This document shows positions 35,774 through 47,009 of a stretch of 64,000 nucleotides of DNA, piece by piece. Position numbers and translations under genes: made by a program. Position 1 is the stretch's first letter. Each line of letters begins with the position of its first letter. The stretch is from Schizochytrium sp. TIO01 (Eukaryota; Protista; Bigyra: Labyrinthulomycetes): NCBI GenBank assembly GCA_004764695.1, contig SMSO01000014.1, positions 3,343,648 through 3,407,647 of the forward strand. Direction: 5' to 3'. Under the pieces are notes generated by a model. It had not been told where the DNA came from, searched no databases, and worked only from the letters and a program-made list of their open reading frames with translations.

Positions 35774-35973
35774 GGATTGTGGGATATGTTTCCTCATATA
35801 CAGATTTATCTCCTTTCTATTACCACATGCAAGCTTATTTTGTCTCAACTTGGTTACTATATTACTTTGAGTTTTGGCTTGAAAATCATCTTATTGCTGT
35901 AAAAAAGAATTCTCTTGACTTAACTGCTCTAAACCTTGAAAACTATTATCTTTTGCTATTTAGTATTATTCTA

Positions 35974-38900
35974 TTACACATCGAACCATAAGCTAATCAG
36001 ATCAACAGTTTGACCCTCATTTAACGCAATCTTAGCAAGGCGGTGTCGAAAGCTTCTGGTTTGCTTGTCCTGACCAGCAAGGTGGGCTTTGCAGGTCTCA
36101 TCCCAGGTTGACAATAAAGCTGCCCACTCTTTGGCAATAAATTTGAAATTAACAACAGCAGATTCACCAAGGTGAAGTAAACGTTTGCGAGACTGGTTAC
36201 TAATTTGTGTAAGCAGAACATTGGCTGGCAACGGATCAGGGTTCTTTAACTCCCGCATATCAAGCGTACGCACTGCCTGTCTTAAGATATTGCAGAGATT
36301 TGGGTCGAAGGATTCAAGTTCTGTCAGAACTTTCTCGGTTTTCTCGGCTACCTCTGAAATGTCTTGATCATTGACTTCCAGTACACCTACGATATCTGTG
36401 TTATCAAGAGCGATCAACTCGTGAATACGATTTACAAATGCTCGCAGATTTTGAACATTGTTCAAAATTTGTTCAACAACGGGCACGTAATCTTTACAAA
36501 CAGCAGCTCCCCATTCTTTTACAGGGAGTGGCTGCTCCAAATGTTCTTGCCAAAGCTCACTTTGATAGCCACGTGTTCGCCTAGTATGGTAGAGTGCCTC
36601 TTCCCACATAATATTTGCTAGTTCATCGAAAGGTGGACGTCGATCCACAGGCCCGTACATACACTCCTTCAAAAACCGCGTTTGTTCGTCTATGAAGGTC
36701 CGTTTCTCATTTGTAAAAGGTATTCTTCCTTTCAGAAGGTCAACTGCATTTGCGAGCAGCATATGTGAAGCTTGTGTGGTTTTGGGGTTTCCCTCTAAGG
36801 CACGATGCATGAAAACTTTGGCTTTGTCTTCAAAATCTGACTGTGAAACTTTGTAATTTGAGAGCAAGTGTCGAACTTCACCCAAGTTTATTATTCCATG
36901 AGGTAAATTTGCACACTCAGCAATGTAGTGCGCCAAAAACATTTGTGAACCAAGGGGCCATGTTTGAATGCTAGGTGGCACTATAACTCTCATCAAATCA
37001 TCAACAGTATTGCAAAGAGGGATATTCTTGGAACTGAGCCACTCATTGCGCATGAGAACTTCAGGATCGGATTCAGAAAACCCATCCATCATCTCCTCTG
37101 GTTGGGTCAGATCTCCTGACAACACATCCGACCCCGCTGAGCTTGATTTCTCAGAACCCGGGGCAATGACAAGCTGAAGAAATACAGCCCGGTCGTCAGG
37201 GTTCGAGCTTTCCGTTGACTTTTGCCCTTTGACTTCGCCTTCAACTTCATTAGACTCTAGATACATGGGACCTAAAGTATTTTCTAGAGTTTGCAATTCC
37301 TCGGCCCTCTCCGCAATATCAACCAAAAGCACACCGGAAGCTTTGCTTTGGAGTAAATCAAAGATTGCGATCTTTGTAAGTGCTTTGGAGAGACCCTCCA
37401 TATCTTCAAGATGAGAAGCTTGGCCAACTCGGCGTAAAAGATCATTACGATCTTCCTCAGCAATCGTGCTTTGTTTTTTGGATGCTTTTGCGGGGGCCGG
37501 ATCCCTTCCAGCAGCTTCGTCTTCCGTGCGCAGAGCTGCTGCTTCTTTTTGATAGGTTTCCCCCTTAACCACACGACAGCCGTAGCGAAGTGACAACACA
37601 GTGATAAAGTGCTGCCGTAAAAGTGAGTGCTTTTGGTTTGCTTTTGAGAAACCAGTCAGTACTGCACCATGGAAGGGTGGTGCTAGCATAGGTAACATCT
37701 CGGGAGTGCTCTCAAGCAAATCAGAGAGCAGAGTCTCCAGTGTAGCAGTAGGATCCGGACTATCTAGAAGCAGAGCTTCTGCAACCTTTTCATGAAGAGG
37801 AAATTTGTCGTGGCCAAATGCTTTTTCTTCATCCGTGAGTGTCATTTCTATAGATTCATCCAGGTCCAACGCTTTAAGTACTGTGTCTCCAGTTATAAAG
37901 CTTCCCTTTAGTTTTCTCCATGCCGCTGGATGCAGCAAATTGTCGTTTTGTGCAGATTTTTCATCAATAACTCTCTCAACCAGGCCAACAATAAGATCCA
38001 TTGTTTCCTTTGCCACAGCGCGGTGTTTCTCCTCCCGTATCATACTTTTAAGGGTGTTTCGTTCTTCTCTTGCCATAGCCTGTGCGGTAAGTTGAGCTTG
38101 AGACCCTTCATCTTCCAAAGCTGATTTTGATTGTTTCTCCAGAGACTCTTGATAAGCTTTCACTTCTTCACAATAGATCTTCTCACGATGTAACAGATAA
38201 TTTTGAATGAAGGAAGATCTAGCAACGGCTTCCACACGTTTCGTGTGTCTTTTATGACGCCGACTTTTAGCAGCTAACCTCTCCTCACGGCTTTCCGCCT
38301 GCATAGATTGAAGAAGCATTTCCTCAGCTAGCTCCTCATCAACACTTTTTTGAGCTTTCTCTTGATCTACCAGCATTTTACGACGGCGCTGCTCACGTGC
38401 TTTGCGGCTAGCTAGAGATTCTTCGTGTTGAGTTTTGATACGTGTCATGTATTTAGACACTTCGACACTATCTTTGATCATCATTTCCTTGACAACTGCT
38501 TCTCGATTTGCTGGCAAGCTCAAATCAACTTGATCCATTAGCATTACCTCAGTTCCAGTGCTTGCAGAGTCTCCCGTGTCGACCCCAAGTCTTTTAAGGT
38601 TCCGTTCAAATTCCTCTGCACCGCGTTGAACCTGGGTAGCATTAGTGCATCGAATAGCTTCAGCTTGCGCAGCTTCCCGAGCACGACATGTCAACTCAAA
38701 TTGAAGTTCACGTCGAATTCTGTCGCGTTTCACAAGCTGATTTGTTTTCCAATTCGCTTTGCCTTGGGCAATCCACAAATCTAAGAACTCTCGACCTTCA
38801 CGAAGGCGCTCACGTTGCGCTTCGCGTCGCTCCGCGCGTGTCTTGTTAAGATCTTCTTCTTCTTGACGCAGCTCCATGTCAATTTCCTTCTCTCGGTTGA

Positions 38901-39426
38901 TACGGCGGTCCTCAAAGTGGGCAAGGTGCAAGGTAGTGTCAAGTTGCTTCTTTGTTAGCAACCCTCGGACACCAAGCTCAAGATCATGGTTAGGGATTGG
39001 TTTATGCTTGATTGTAGCCTTTGCTTTCAAGACTGCCGCCTCCTTTTCCCGCCGATTCTTCTCCTCAAGAGATAGCCTAGAGTCTTCGCAAGCAGCTGTC
39101 TCAGGTTCAAGCTTACACTTGATTCTGAACAAGAAGGTAGCGGCTGCACCTGGCTGCTCTAAGATCACCTGTGCAACATCTTTACGATTCACATCCATTC
39201 CAAGCTCATTTTTCAAGACTCCAATAATCTTTTCATAGTTTTGTGCTGCATTTTCAACATCTCCACGTTCTGTCCTTCGGATGCTGCGAAGAATTGGTGG
39301 CTTGAGCACATTTATAATAGCAAGGAGCTCCGCGACCACACAACCATCTGCCAGGTCAACATCTAAGTTTTCTACCTTGTTCTTTAAGCCAAGACTGTTT
39401 GCCCATCGCAAAAGCTGCGCAGCCAT
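35974..39426 (-). CDS. SPEF2: SPEF2/CPC1-like ciliary central-pair protein (N-terminal CH domain, coiled coil)
   Basis: MAAQLLRWANSLG..DLADGCVVAELL..EQPGAAATFLFRIK (SPEF-type CH domain); YMTRIK..ASRKAREQRRRKMLVDQ..ESREER resembles the conserved SPEF2 block. Confidence 0.78.
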   Translation of the reverse strand: MAAQLLRWANSLGLKNKVENLDVDLADGCVVAELLAIINVLKPPILRSIRRTERGDVENAAQNYEKIIGVLKNELGMDVNRKDVAQVILEQPGAAATFLFRIKCKLEPETAACEDSRLSLEEKNRREKEAAVLKAKATIKHKPIPNHDLELGVRGLLTKKQLDTTLHLAHFEDRRINREKEIDMELRQEEEDLNKTRAERREAQRERLREGREFLDLWIAQGKANWKTNQLVKRDRIRRELQFELTCRAREAAQAEAIRCTNATQVQRGAEEFERNLKRLGVDTGDSASTGTEVMLMDQVDLSLPANREAVVKEMMIKDSVEVSKYMTRIKTQHEESLASRKAREQRRRKMLVDQEKAQKSVDEELAEEMLLQSMQAESREERLAAKSRRHKRHTKRVEAVARSSFIQNYLLHREKIYCEEVKAYQESLEKQSKSALEDEGSQAQLTAQAMAREERNTLKSMIREEKHRAVAKETMDLIVGLVERVIDEKSAQNDNLLHPAAWRKLKGSFITGDTVLKALDLDESIEMTLTDEEKAFGHDKFPLHEKVAEALLLDSPDPTATLETLLSDLLESTPEMLPMLAPPFHGAVLTGFSKANQKHSLLRQHFITVLSLRYGCRVVKGETYQKEAAALRTEDEAAGRDPAPAKASKKQSTIAEEDRNDLLRRVGQASHLEDMEGLSKALTKIAIFDLLQSKASGVLLVDIAERAEELQTLENTLGPMYLESNEVEGEVKGQKSTESSNPDDRAVFLQLVIAPGSEKSSSAGSDVLSGDLTQPEEMMDGFSESDPEVLMRNEWLSSKNIPLCNTVDDLMRVIVPPSIQTWPLGSQMFLAHYIAECANLPHGIINLGEVRHLLSNYKVSQSDFEDKAKVFMHRALEGNPKTTQASHMLLANAVDLLKGRIPFTNEKRTFIDEQTRFLKECMYGPVDRRPPFDELANIMWEEALYHTRRTRGYQSELWQEHLEQPLPVKEWGAAVCKDYVPVVEQILNNVQNLRAFVNRIHELIALDNTDIVGVLEVNDQDISEVAEKTEKVLTELESFDPNLCNILRQAVRTLDMRELKNPDPLPANVLLTQISNQSRKRLLHLGESAVVNFKFIAKEWAALLSTWDETCKAHLAGQDKQTRSFRHRLAKIALNEGQTVDLISLWFDV

Positions 39427-41494
39427 TGGTCCTTTTCAGCTTTAATGGCAAGCTGTTTGCAATATGAAATATTTATAATCTGTAGCGCCTCTCTTGATCC
39501 AGAGCCAGGTGCAATCGCACCAAGGCCTGATCACTCACTCACGTTCTTCACCAGCTCCTTGGCTTCCAGAGCATCAGTAAGGTGTCAGATTTTTGCAGCA
39601 AAGCTAAAATTCTCCAGAGAATTTATTAGTTTTATAATGTGTGTGCTCATTGTGCATCTTAATATAACCATATAACCAAACAAAACTATTTTTCGCTTAT
39701 TTAGTCTTCTTAGAGAAGCAGAAAAGTCTAGCGGCAATTAACCGTAATTTGAACATGACATAGTACCTCATAGCAACTCTACGGTGCAACGGATCATTTA
39801 TATAACACCTAATTAAAAATTATCTCCGTACTACCACTACTTAAAAAACGCGTGTCTATATGCGAGTACTAAGTAGGCACCTAGCTAGGTAGTCTGTATA
39901 AATGTTTATGAAAGACAAGGAAAAAAATCTTAAGTATGAGTAATGACGGTCTTTCGAGGATCTTTGGTGAGCGCTTTCGATTTTCATTTGGTACATGCGA
40001 CTCGGCGCCAAAGCTAGGCCAAGATTCAATCTTACATTTATTCACCCAATGAGGATACAGTCCCTCATTTATTACAAAAAGCGCAGGTGTTCCACTGTCG
40101 CTATATCATAGGTTGTAGAGGAAATAGAAACAGGTTACCTTCACCATCGTGCGTGATTAATTTGTGCGAATCATCAAGAAGTAGATAAGTTCCTACCTGG
40201 CTACTTGCTCCTTTGGCGATCAAGGTAATATTGCTTGGTTAGGCATGAGAGTGAAATGTTGAGTTGGCCAAGTTCCCATTGCTTCCAACCCATAAGATGA
40301 AGCCAAAGGAAACAAAAGAAGAGAGAAGTTTACTGACGAGCCTTTCAATTCGTTTAGGTAGCAAACTGGAGACAACACGAGCTTCTTCTCGATGGCTCTC
40401 GACTTCTAGGAGCTTTCTTGCTTCTTTCTCCAATATTTACCTAAGCTTTCAACTGCACCATATGAAAAGTACAACCAGAATCGTAGTAAGTACCTACCTA
40501 CCTAGTAGTACCTAAATTCTCGACTCAAACAAGAGAAAGATTATTTCATTGAATGTCCAAAGGGAGAGGAAACCGAAGCAAAGAGAATACCTTGTTCTGT
40601 TTCCCCATGACAAGCAGCTCCCACTCTCGTTTTAGACAACAGAGCCAAAACTGGTTGCGAGAAGAGCGATTCCCAGATTGCTTTGCAGTTAATCCAGAAC
40701 TTCCTTCAAGTTAATTGAAAATTTCATACAAACACTTATGTAGCAATAGCAATAGGTAAGTAGTAGCCATTAATAGATTAGTAAGAAAATGAATGAAAAA
40801 ATTATATTTACCATCATCAGCACCACCTGGACAATGACGATCTCCACCGATCGGTGATTGCCGGTCGTCATTGGCCTGCCTAGAGTTTGCAATCCGTAGC
40901 CGCCAGAACCCTTTCCCTCGGAGATTAAGGTTACTGGGTCCATTTTGCGGCCTGTGGGCCGTTGGCAATCAGGCGGAGCGCCTCGTTTCGCAGCAGCTAT
41001 ACAAAAGAAGAGCTCTCGTAAGGGCTACATTCGTCCGCTTCTCAAGGATCGATACGCAAGCGCAGGGAAGCTACCTGAGACTGCAGCGTCAGCAACCGTA
41101 AAAGGGGGAGACGATCCCTTGTTGCCACACGAAGGTGCAATAAAACAACCTAAAAACCTGAGTTTGGGGCGATTGTATTGTCAGGCGATAGCAGTAGGCA
41201 ATACAAAACAGAAGTGGTAATCGGAAAGCGCACAAAACAAACTCACAATATTCTCTCCAAAGTGGAGTTGCACTATTTTATATTGCTACACTGTGCATTA
41301 TCGTTGGTGAGCAACGAATAATAAAGCAAGCGAGGTCTATACCGGATGAGGAGATCGAGCATTGAGGGGATTCCAAATATTTAGGACTTCTCGCCCAATT
41401 CTTCATATATTAATTTTTCTTGGTGGGCCGGCCTGTTCATTTGGTTCCTGCAGGATTTCTCGCAGATCAGTTCTGATCATCGGTGCTCAGTGCG

Positions 41495-44287
41495 ATGCAT
41501 GGACACCCAGCTCCTCGGCAGAACTTCATCGGTATGAATTATTACCAAAGTGCACCCCATGTGCTACTGGCCATGGTTGTTCTCATCACCATTGGACAGG
41601 TTTGGATGATCTGGCCTTCGGAAGAACCCCTTGATTTACCAATCATGACATGGCCAATAACTCCCGCAACCTCGGTTATGCATTGCGAGCCCTCTGATTT
41701 CCTCAGTAATCCGCGAGATCGTGATGCAGCTGTTGCAAGGGCAGTGTATCATGTTTTTGAAAAGGGCCAACTGGAGGTGCCTCCAGAGGGTTGCGGAGAT
41801 GAACCATCGGTTAAGGTAGACTTTGACAGTCTTAATGCCCGAATTTTGACTCCAAAAAGTTTGCGAAAAGGTTGTATCGTGTATTTGGCTCAAAAACGCC
41901 ATTCATCTTACTCACGAGACAGCCTCGGCATGCTTGAACGGTCTTTAGACCTCTTGTACCAAAATTACAATGCCGAATTCCGTCGTGATGTTCTCATTTT
42001 TCATAATGGCGAATTTTCTCGAGAGGATGAAAGGCGTCTGCGTCTTGATGGATCCCGCAATGAGATTTACCTGATTGAAATTCCTAAACGCTCAAGATAT
42101 TGGGAACTTCCAGGTTTTCTTGACCGCAAAGACGCAAATCGGTGGACGGACGACGCATTTAGCGAGGGTTATCGGCATATGTGCCGCTGGTACGCAGGGC
42201 GCCTTTTTGAGTTTGTAGAAAAACTCGGTTATGAATATGTTATGCGAATGGATGAGGATTCGTACCTATTATCTAGCATCAAGTATGATCTATTTGATTT
42301 CATGCAAAACCGTAAGCTCGAGTATGCGTATCGTTTAGACGCTTTCGAGCCCTGCTGTGATGATGATTTTCGCCAGCGTTATATTAAAGCTTATCTGACT
42401 TACGAGAACCGACATTTTTTACGAACTGGCTTCTTAAAAGATTGCTGCTGGGACGATGCTAAAGGATACTTGAGCTACGGTTACTATAACAACTTTTTCA
42501 TTACAAAGACAAGCTTTTGGCGGAAACCTCAGGTTCGTCGTCTCTTCAGTTTTGTCGATTGGACTGGTGGGTTTTACCTTTTTCGAGAAAACGATTTGAT
42601 TTTGCAATCTCTCAGTGTGCAGCTATTCATGCCGAAAGAAAAGGTGTATAAGTTTACTGATTGGTCTTATGAGCATGTGTCAGGGGAATCATGCGAGTGG
42701 GGCGCAGTTGTACGTGGAAATTTAGACATGAGAGCAGAACCAGTGGATGGGATCGTTGCAAATTACATGCAGCATAACAAACGCACATTTGCCCTTCCGT
42801 CTCTTCAGAAAAAGTCAGGTTTGAGGTGGGATGGCTTGTATTGTCACAAAACTAATTACCGGGCGGATGTAGTCTATGATTTGCATCGTCGTACAGAACA
42901 AATGCCAAGCCCTTTGGGCAAAGCGCCGTATTGCTTGGATCTTCTAGCACACGATAAAAAAGAGACCCGAAAGGAGGTTCGGGTCAAAATACCTCGACCG
43001 CGTGGTCTTGCGTTTAGCACGGGCGATTCCTTAGATCGTGATTCTGGCCAGCGTGCTGCTCGCATTGCGTCAAGAAAGTTTAAGCAACTCTTCGATCGAA
43101 CACGCATGTGTAAAGCTCCTTCGTCAGCCTCTCATGAGCCTTCAGCTGCTGCAGCTGCAGCTGCAGCTGTTGCTGAAGCTCTAGCTGCGCGTACTGCCGC
43201 ACGAGATGCACCTGCCCCTGAGTCAGGTGGAGCATCATCATTGGCAGATTTGACAAAGACAAACAAACGCACCACTTTGCACCTGGAGGCTCCAGAGTGC
43301 GGGGCGGGTTGCACGCTGAATTATTTGGTTACTCCATTAATGCATGCGATGTCGACGAATCAAGCTTTTTTGACACCAGACTCCCTGTGGGCCGAATCGC
43401 GTTCTTGTGATGGTTCTCAAGAGCTATCTTGTTTTTTGAAACCTTTTGCCTCACGCGATGACACTGATCCAGCGTGCGCAAAGTCAGATGGACCTAGATA
43501 CGATTCGAATACTGGCAAGTGGAGACGCATTGGCCAGGATGATTACGGTCAATGGAACGGGGAGAGAAAACTTTCACGCACACCAACAGGTTTTGAGAAC
43601 TTTGGTATTATGTGGAATGTTGGCCAAGTACTAAAAAATCTTCTGCAGTTCTCGCCTCGAGTCCAACAGCAGTTGGATAAAGTCGTTCTTGCAACAGGTT
43701 TGGATAGGGTTGAGAACCAGCCTATACTGGGTGTACACGTGCGTCTAGGTGATTCTTGTAGCGACCCCAAAATTGATGAGAAGGGCCGTCGATGCGATGG
43801 CTTGCGTTATTACATTCCAGCAATTCGTCTTTTGATGCGACGATTCCAATTTAAGAGTGTGTACCTTGCCACAGACTCTGCAGAGGTTGTGCGTAATGCT
43901 ACAAAATATTACAGTGATATCAACTGGATAGTAAATCCACATATCAATCGTGATCGATACAATGTGTTTGCAAACGCCACTGCAACTGATGAAATTACAA
44001 TTGAAGGAGTGCTCTTTGGTGACAAGCGTCTCAAGAAGGCCGGGTTTTCTCGCACACAAGAGATGGTGGACTTCCTTGTAGATACTTACATTCTGAGCAA
44101 GTATGCGTCGGGATTTATAGGCAAGTTTACATCAAATATGGATCGCATCGTGGCAGCTCTTGGAGCTGCTTTAGGCAATGACGCTGGAACGTGTTTGAAG
44201 CCTTTGTTATCTTTGGATTCAGACTGGTGTTTCGATTTCATGGTGCAATCAGGGGTTGGCATCAATGGAGTGCGTTTTTACTGTTAG
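41495..44287 (+). CDS. Type II membrane double glycosyltransferase: GT15 (KRE2/MNT1-like mannosyltransferase) plus GT23 (FUT8/NodZ-like fucosyltransferase)
   Basis: TM VLLAMVVLITIGQVWMIW. GT15 motifs GYRHMCRWY, YEYVMRMDEDS, YNNFFITKTSFW, GGFYLFREND. After a poly-Ala linker: CGAGC, ILGVHVRLGDSC, VYLATDS, FIGKFTSNMDRI. First ATG 41495. Confidence 0.85.
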   Translation: MHGHPAPRQNFIGMNYYQSAPHVLLAMVVLITIGQVWMIWPSEEPLDLPIMTWPITPATSVMHCEPSDFLSNPRDRDAAVARAVYHVFEKGQLEVPPEGCGDEPSVKVDFDSLNARILTPKSLRKGCIVYLAQKRHSSYSRDSLGMLERSLDLLYQNYNAEFRRDVLIFHNGEFSREDERRLRLDGSRNEIYLIEIPKRSRYWELPGFLDRKDANRWTDDAFSEGYRHMCRWYAGRLFEFVEKLGYEYVMRMDEDSYLLSSIKYDLFDFMQNRKLEYAYRLDAFEPCCDDDFRQRYIKAYLTYENRHFLRTGFLKDCCWDDAKGYLSYGYYNNFFITKTSFWRKPQVRRLFSFVDWTGGFYLFRENDLILQSLSVQLFMPKEKVYKFTDWSYEHVSGESCEWGAVVRGNLDMRAEPVDGIVANYMQHNKRTFALPSLQKKSGLRWDGLYCHKTNYRADVVYDLHRRTEQMPSPLGKAPYCLDLLAHDKKETRKEVRVKIPRPRGLAFSTGDSLDRDSGQRAARIASRKFKQLFDRTRMCKAPSSASHEPSAAAAAAAAVAEALAARTAARDAPAPESGGASSLADLTKTNKRTTLHLEAPECGAGCTLNYLVTPLMHAMSTNQAFLTPDSLWAESRSCDGSQELSCFLKPFASRDDTDPACAKSDGPRYDSNTGKWRRIGQDDYGQWNGERKLSRTPTGFENFGIMWNVGQVLKNLLQFSPRVQQQLDKVVLATGLDRVENQPILGVHVRLGDSCSDPKIDEKGRRCDGLRYYIPAIRLLMRRFQFKSVYLATDSAEVVRNATKYYSDINWIVNPHINRDRYNVFANATATDEITIEGVLFGDKRLKKAGFSRTQEMVDFLVDTYILSKYASGFIGKFTSNMDRIVAALGAALGNDAGTCLKPLLSLDSDWCFDFMVQSGVGINGVRFYC

Positions 44288-44735
44288 CAGCTTTACTTTT
44301 ATTTGCCTGTTTTGATTTTGATGAAATTATCACAACACTGTATTGTATGTAAAAAGTTTGTGATGGGCAGCCTTGACTTTTCGTACTAGTGCGCAAATTA
44401 TTCTTACTGATTAAGTTGTAGGTTTGCAAATACCCTCTTCTCTTACAAGGGACACTAACTTTTGTTAGTATATAACGCCAAGGACATTGGCATATAAACT
44501 TTTAAAAAATGCATAATGTGGAAATAAAGATGTCAGAATATTTTAGGTAGGAACTGCAATTGAATTTAGAACACAGAAGGCTATTTTATTTTGATATGTT
44601 TATAAATATTTGATAATACACCTGCGTGAAGAGTGGTTTCTCAATTGTTCCAGTGCGCGCTTCTTTATGAAATAAGTCCCTTCTCATTTCAAACATAATA
44701 AAACAATATAATATAATTTTGCTATTGCCAGGCCT

Positions 44736-47009
44736 TTACATTGTGGTCAACGATGTAGTGCCAACAGGGTGCAAATTAATTGTGTCTGTCACGACTCGAG
44801 CCACTCGAGCCTGAAATTCAGATATCACTGAAAAATAATTCTCCCGGGGAGTGCGTAAAACTTCAGGTGTGAAGCCCTTGATTTGAGTGTAACCCTCCCA
44901 TGCGAGTTCAGGGTTGTTATACTTGATAACGTCCTTCAACCAACGTTGGGGTTTCGAACACCCATGGACATCATTCATGGACCCATCACTGGATTCACTA
45001 GTCTCTTCAAAACATTCTGTCGAACAACATACATCAGAATATCTAGCAGAAGAGTTCACAAGCTGGTCGAGAATTGGGGACACCTCTTGTAATGCCTGGC
45101 TTTTGATCCACGAGAGCCTGAACATATCTTTGTTTTGATAGAAAAGGTTACATTGATCCGAGGAAAGTGAGCCAGCAAAGCGATTACACTTGTCGCCTAA
45201 GGAAGTAGAGTTACACATATATGTAGGGCGCCATTGGCACATGTGGCGATGGTATAAAGGACATTTATCCCTTGTAATCCAGCCAAGTGAGCAGATTTCG
45301 TGAGGACACCAATGTGCGTCAAAGCTAATGTACCGAAATGCATGATTTTTTCCACTGAGGTTCATCGCACTACGGATAAAGTTGCTGAAAAAAGATCCAA
45401 CATGAATCTCACCCTCTGCCAAAAACACGAGGTCGAGGATTGCCTCAAGAGCGAGGTTTGTTTCTTGAATCATATTCTGTGTCTTGCTAATGTCCTCGTA
45501 GGCCATGTCCTTCTTATAAAAGTTTCCGTAGTAGTTTCGATCTGCCTTGAGCGAAATCACTTTCCCTTGAAATGAGTTGCCTTCTGAACTTACAGTGTTC
45601 TCCATGGATTCGAGGAGCTGTGCTGAGTCTGTAGCAACGAGGAGCGTACCTCGATTTATGTTTTTCTTCTCAAGCAATTCAAACACCTCTGATGCACTAG
45701 AGATACAAGTTGGTCGGTCGCCTGTGCAAGCGTCCCCTCGGCGCAGATGAACAGCGACCAGAGGGCGTTCTAGGTTATCCATATTGAATAAGCGAGCGAA
45801 AGGAGAGCTATGGTCGAGTTTATGTGTGGCAGTACTGTGGTTCCACATCGGGTTGTATACTGGAGACCTGTTCTTCTTCAAGATCTTAGCCATATGACCT
45901 AAAATGTTCTCGCTTGGCCGAATAACAGTCAGCGTGAGCTGACGCCACCACCACATAAGAGGAAGATGCGCAAACTCAAGAGGGATCGTGGTTGCAGCCT
46001 TGGCCAAGCGACGATCACACGATGCATCATCGCAATTTGCTTTTTGCACTCGAGAACTATCTCTTACATGCGCTGGAGGATTGCATGGTAGGTTAAAGAT
46101 ATCGCCAATGCTTAATTTGCGGCTAGAAAACCATAGCAATTCCTGGTCATCAAAGATAGGGATTAGGTTGCGCGATATGGCCATATTGATTGCGAACAGA
46201 GCCTGTGATATGGTAAGCCCAATACCGCCATCGCTAACTAGGCGAATCTTGGCAATATCTGATGGACGGACTGTTTTAGGATCACACTCAAGATGCTTGT
46301 AGATACTTCTTCTAGCTTTCAGTTGGGTCCTGATCGGATCATATACTATGTGTTGTTTCTGCAATCGAGCTTTCATGGACATAGTCTCATTGAGAATATT
46401 TTCAAAAGCTGTGGAGATAGTATCGTGAGTTGTGTAGGGGACACTCACGGGAACATAGTTACGATCAAGGACACTTCTTATTTGTGGCGGTAAAGGCGAT
46501 GGCGTATTATAAGACAATTTTGTCTTGTCCTTATTTGCTTTGTGGGCAGTACGGATTGTCTGGCTTGCTCCAAGGTTGGTCGATCTAAGTATCTGTTGAT
46601 ATCCGTGTATGTCCCTCGATGGGTTTTCGTCGAGAAATTGCAGTGTTTTCATCTGATGATTACCAAGTTGCTCCTGATTTGCGAACTGAATTGAGTTGAA
46701 CATTGACATGACAGACATGCAAATCAAAACAAGTGTCATGATTGCCATCACGAACGGGAATCTCTGCTGGCAGCCTTCATTTCCTGGTCTTGCATGATAT
46801 CCTAAATGTTGTTGCTGAAAGTGATTATGCTTACGCCTTTGCGCATTTACGCGCTGTTGCTGCTGCTGCTTCTTGCGCCATAAGTGCACTGCCTTATACA
46901 AAGCCTCTGTTAAATAAGCATCAAGTGCTCGCACAGACTGTTGAATCTTCTCTCCAAGCGCACAAGGTGCCACGAGAGCTCTGTCTATGGCCGCTGCTCG
47001 TGAAAGCAT
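44736..47009 (-). CDS. Type II membrane GT23/FUT8-like fucosyltransferase with Cys-rich C-terminal extension
   Basis: TM FVMAIMTLVLICMSVMSMF; LVAVHLRRGDAC, LLVATDS, HVGSFFSNFIRSA. First ATG 47009. Confidence 0.82.
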   Translation of the reverse strand: MLSRAAAIDRALVAPCALGEKIQQSVRALDAYLTEALYKAVHLWRKKQQQQQRVNAQRRKHNHFQQQHLGYHARPGNEGCQQRFPFVMAIMTLVLICMSVMSMFNSIQFANQEQLGNHQMKTLQFLDENPSRDIHGYQQILRSTNLGASQTIRTAHKANKDKTKLSYNTPSPLPPQIRSVLDRNYVPVSVPYTTHDTISTAFENILNETMSMKARLQKQHIVYDPIRTQLKARRSIYKHLECDPKTVRPSDIAKIRLVSDGGIGLTISQALFAINMAISRNLIPIFDDQELLWFSSRKLSIGDIFNLPCNPPAHVRDSSRVQKANCDDASCDRRLAKAATTIPLEFAHLPLMWWWRQLTLTVIRPSENILGHMAKILKKNRSPVYNPMWNHSTATHKLDHSSPFARLFNMDNLERPLVAVHLRRGDACTGDRPTCISSASEVFELLEKKNINRGTLLVATDSAQLLESMENTVSSEGNSFQGKVISLKADRNYYGNFYKKDMAYEDISKTQNMIQETNLALEAILDLVFLAEGEIHVGSFFSNFIRSAMNLSGKNHAFRYISFDAHWCPHEICSLGWITRDKCPLYHRHMCQWRPTYMCNSTSLGDKCNRFAGSLSSDQCNLFYQNKDMFRLSWIKSQALQEVSPILDQLVNSSARYSDVCCSTECFEETSESSDGSMNDVHGCSKPQRWLKDVIKYNNPELAWEGYTQIKGFTPEVLRTPRENYFSVISEFQARVARVVTDTINLHPVGTTSLTTM

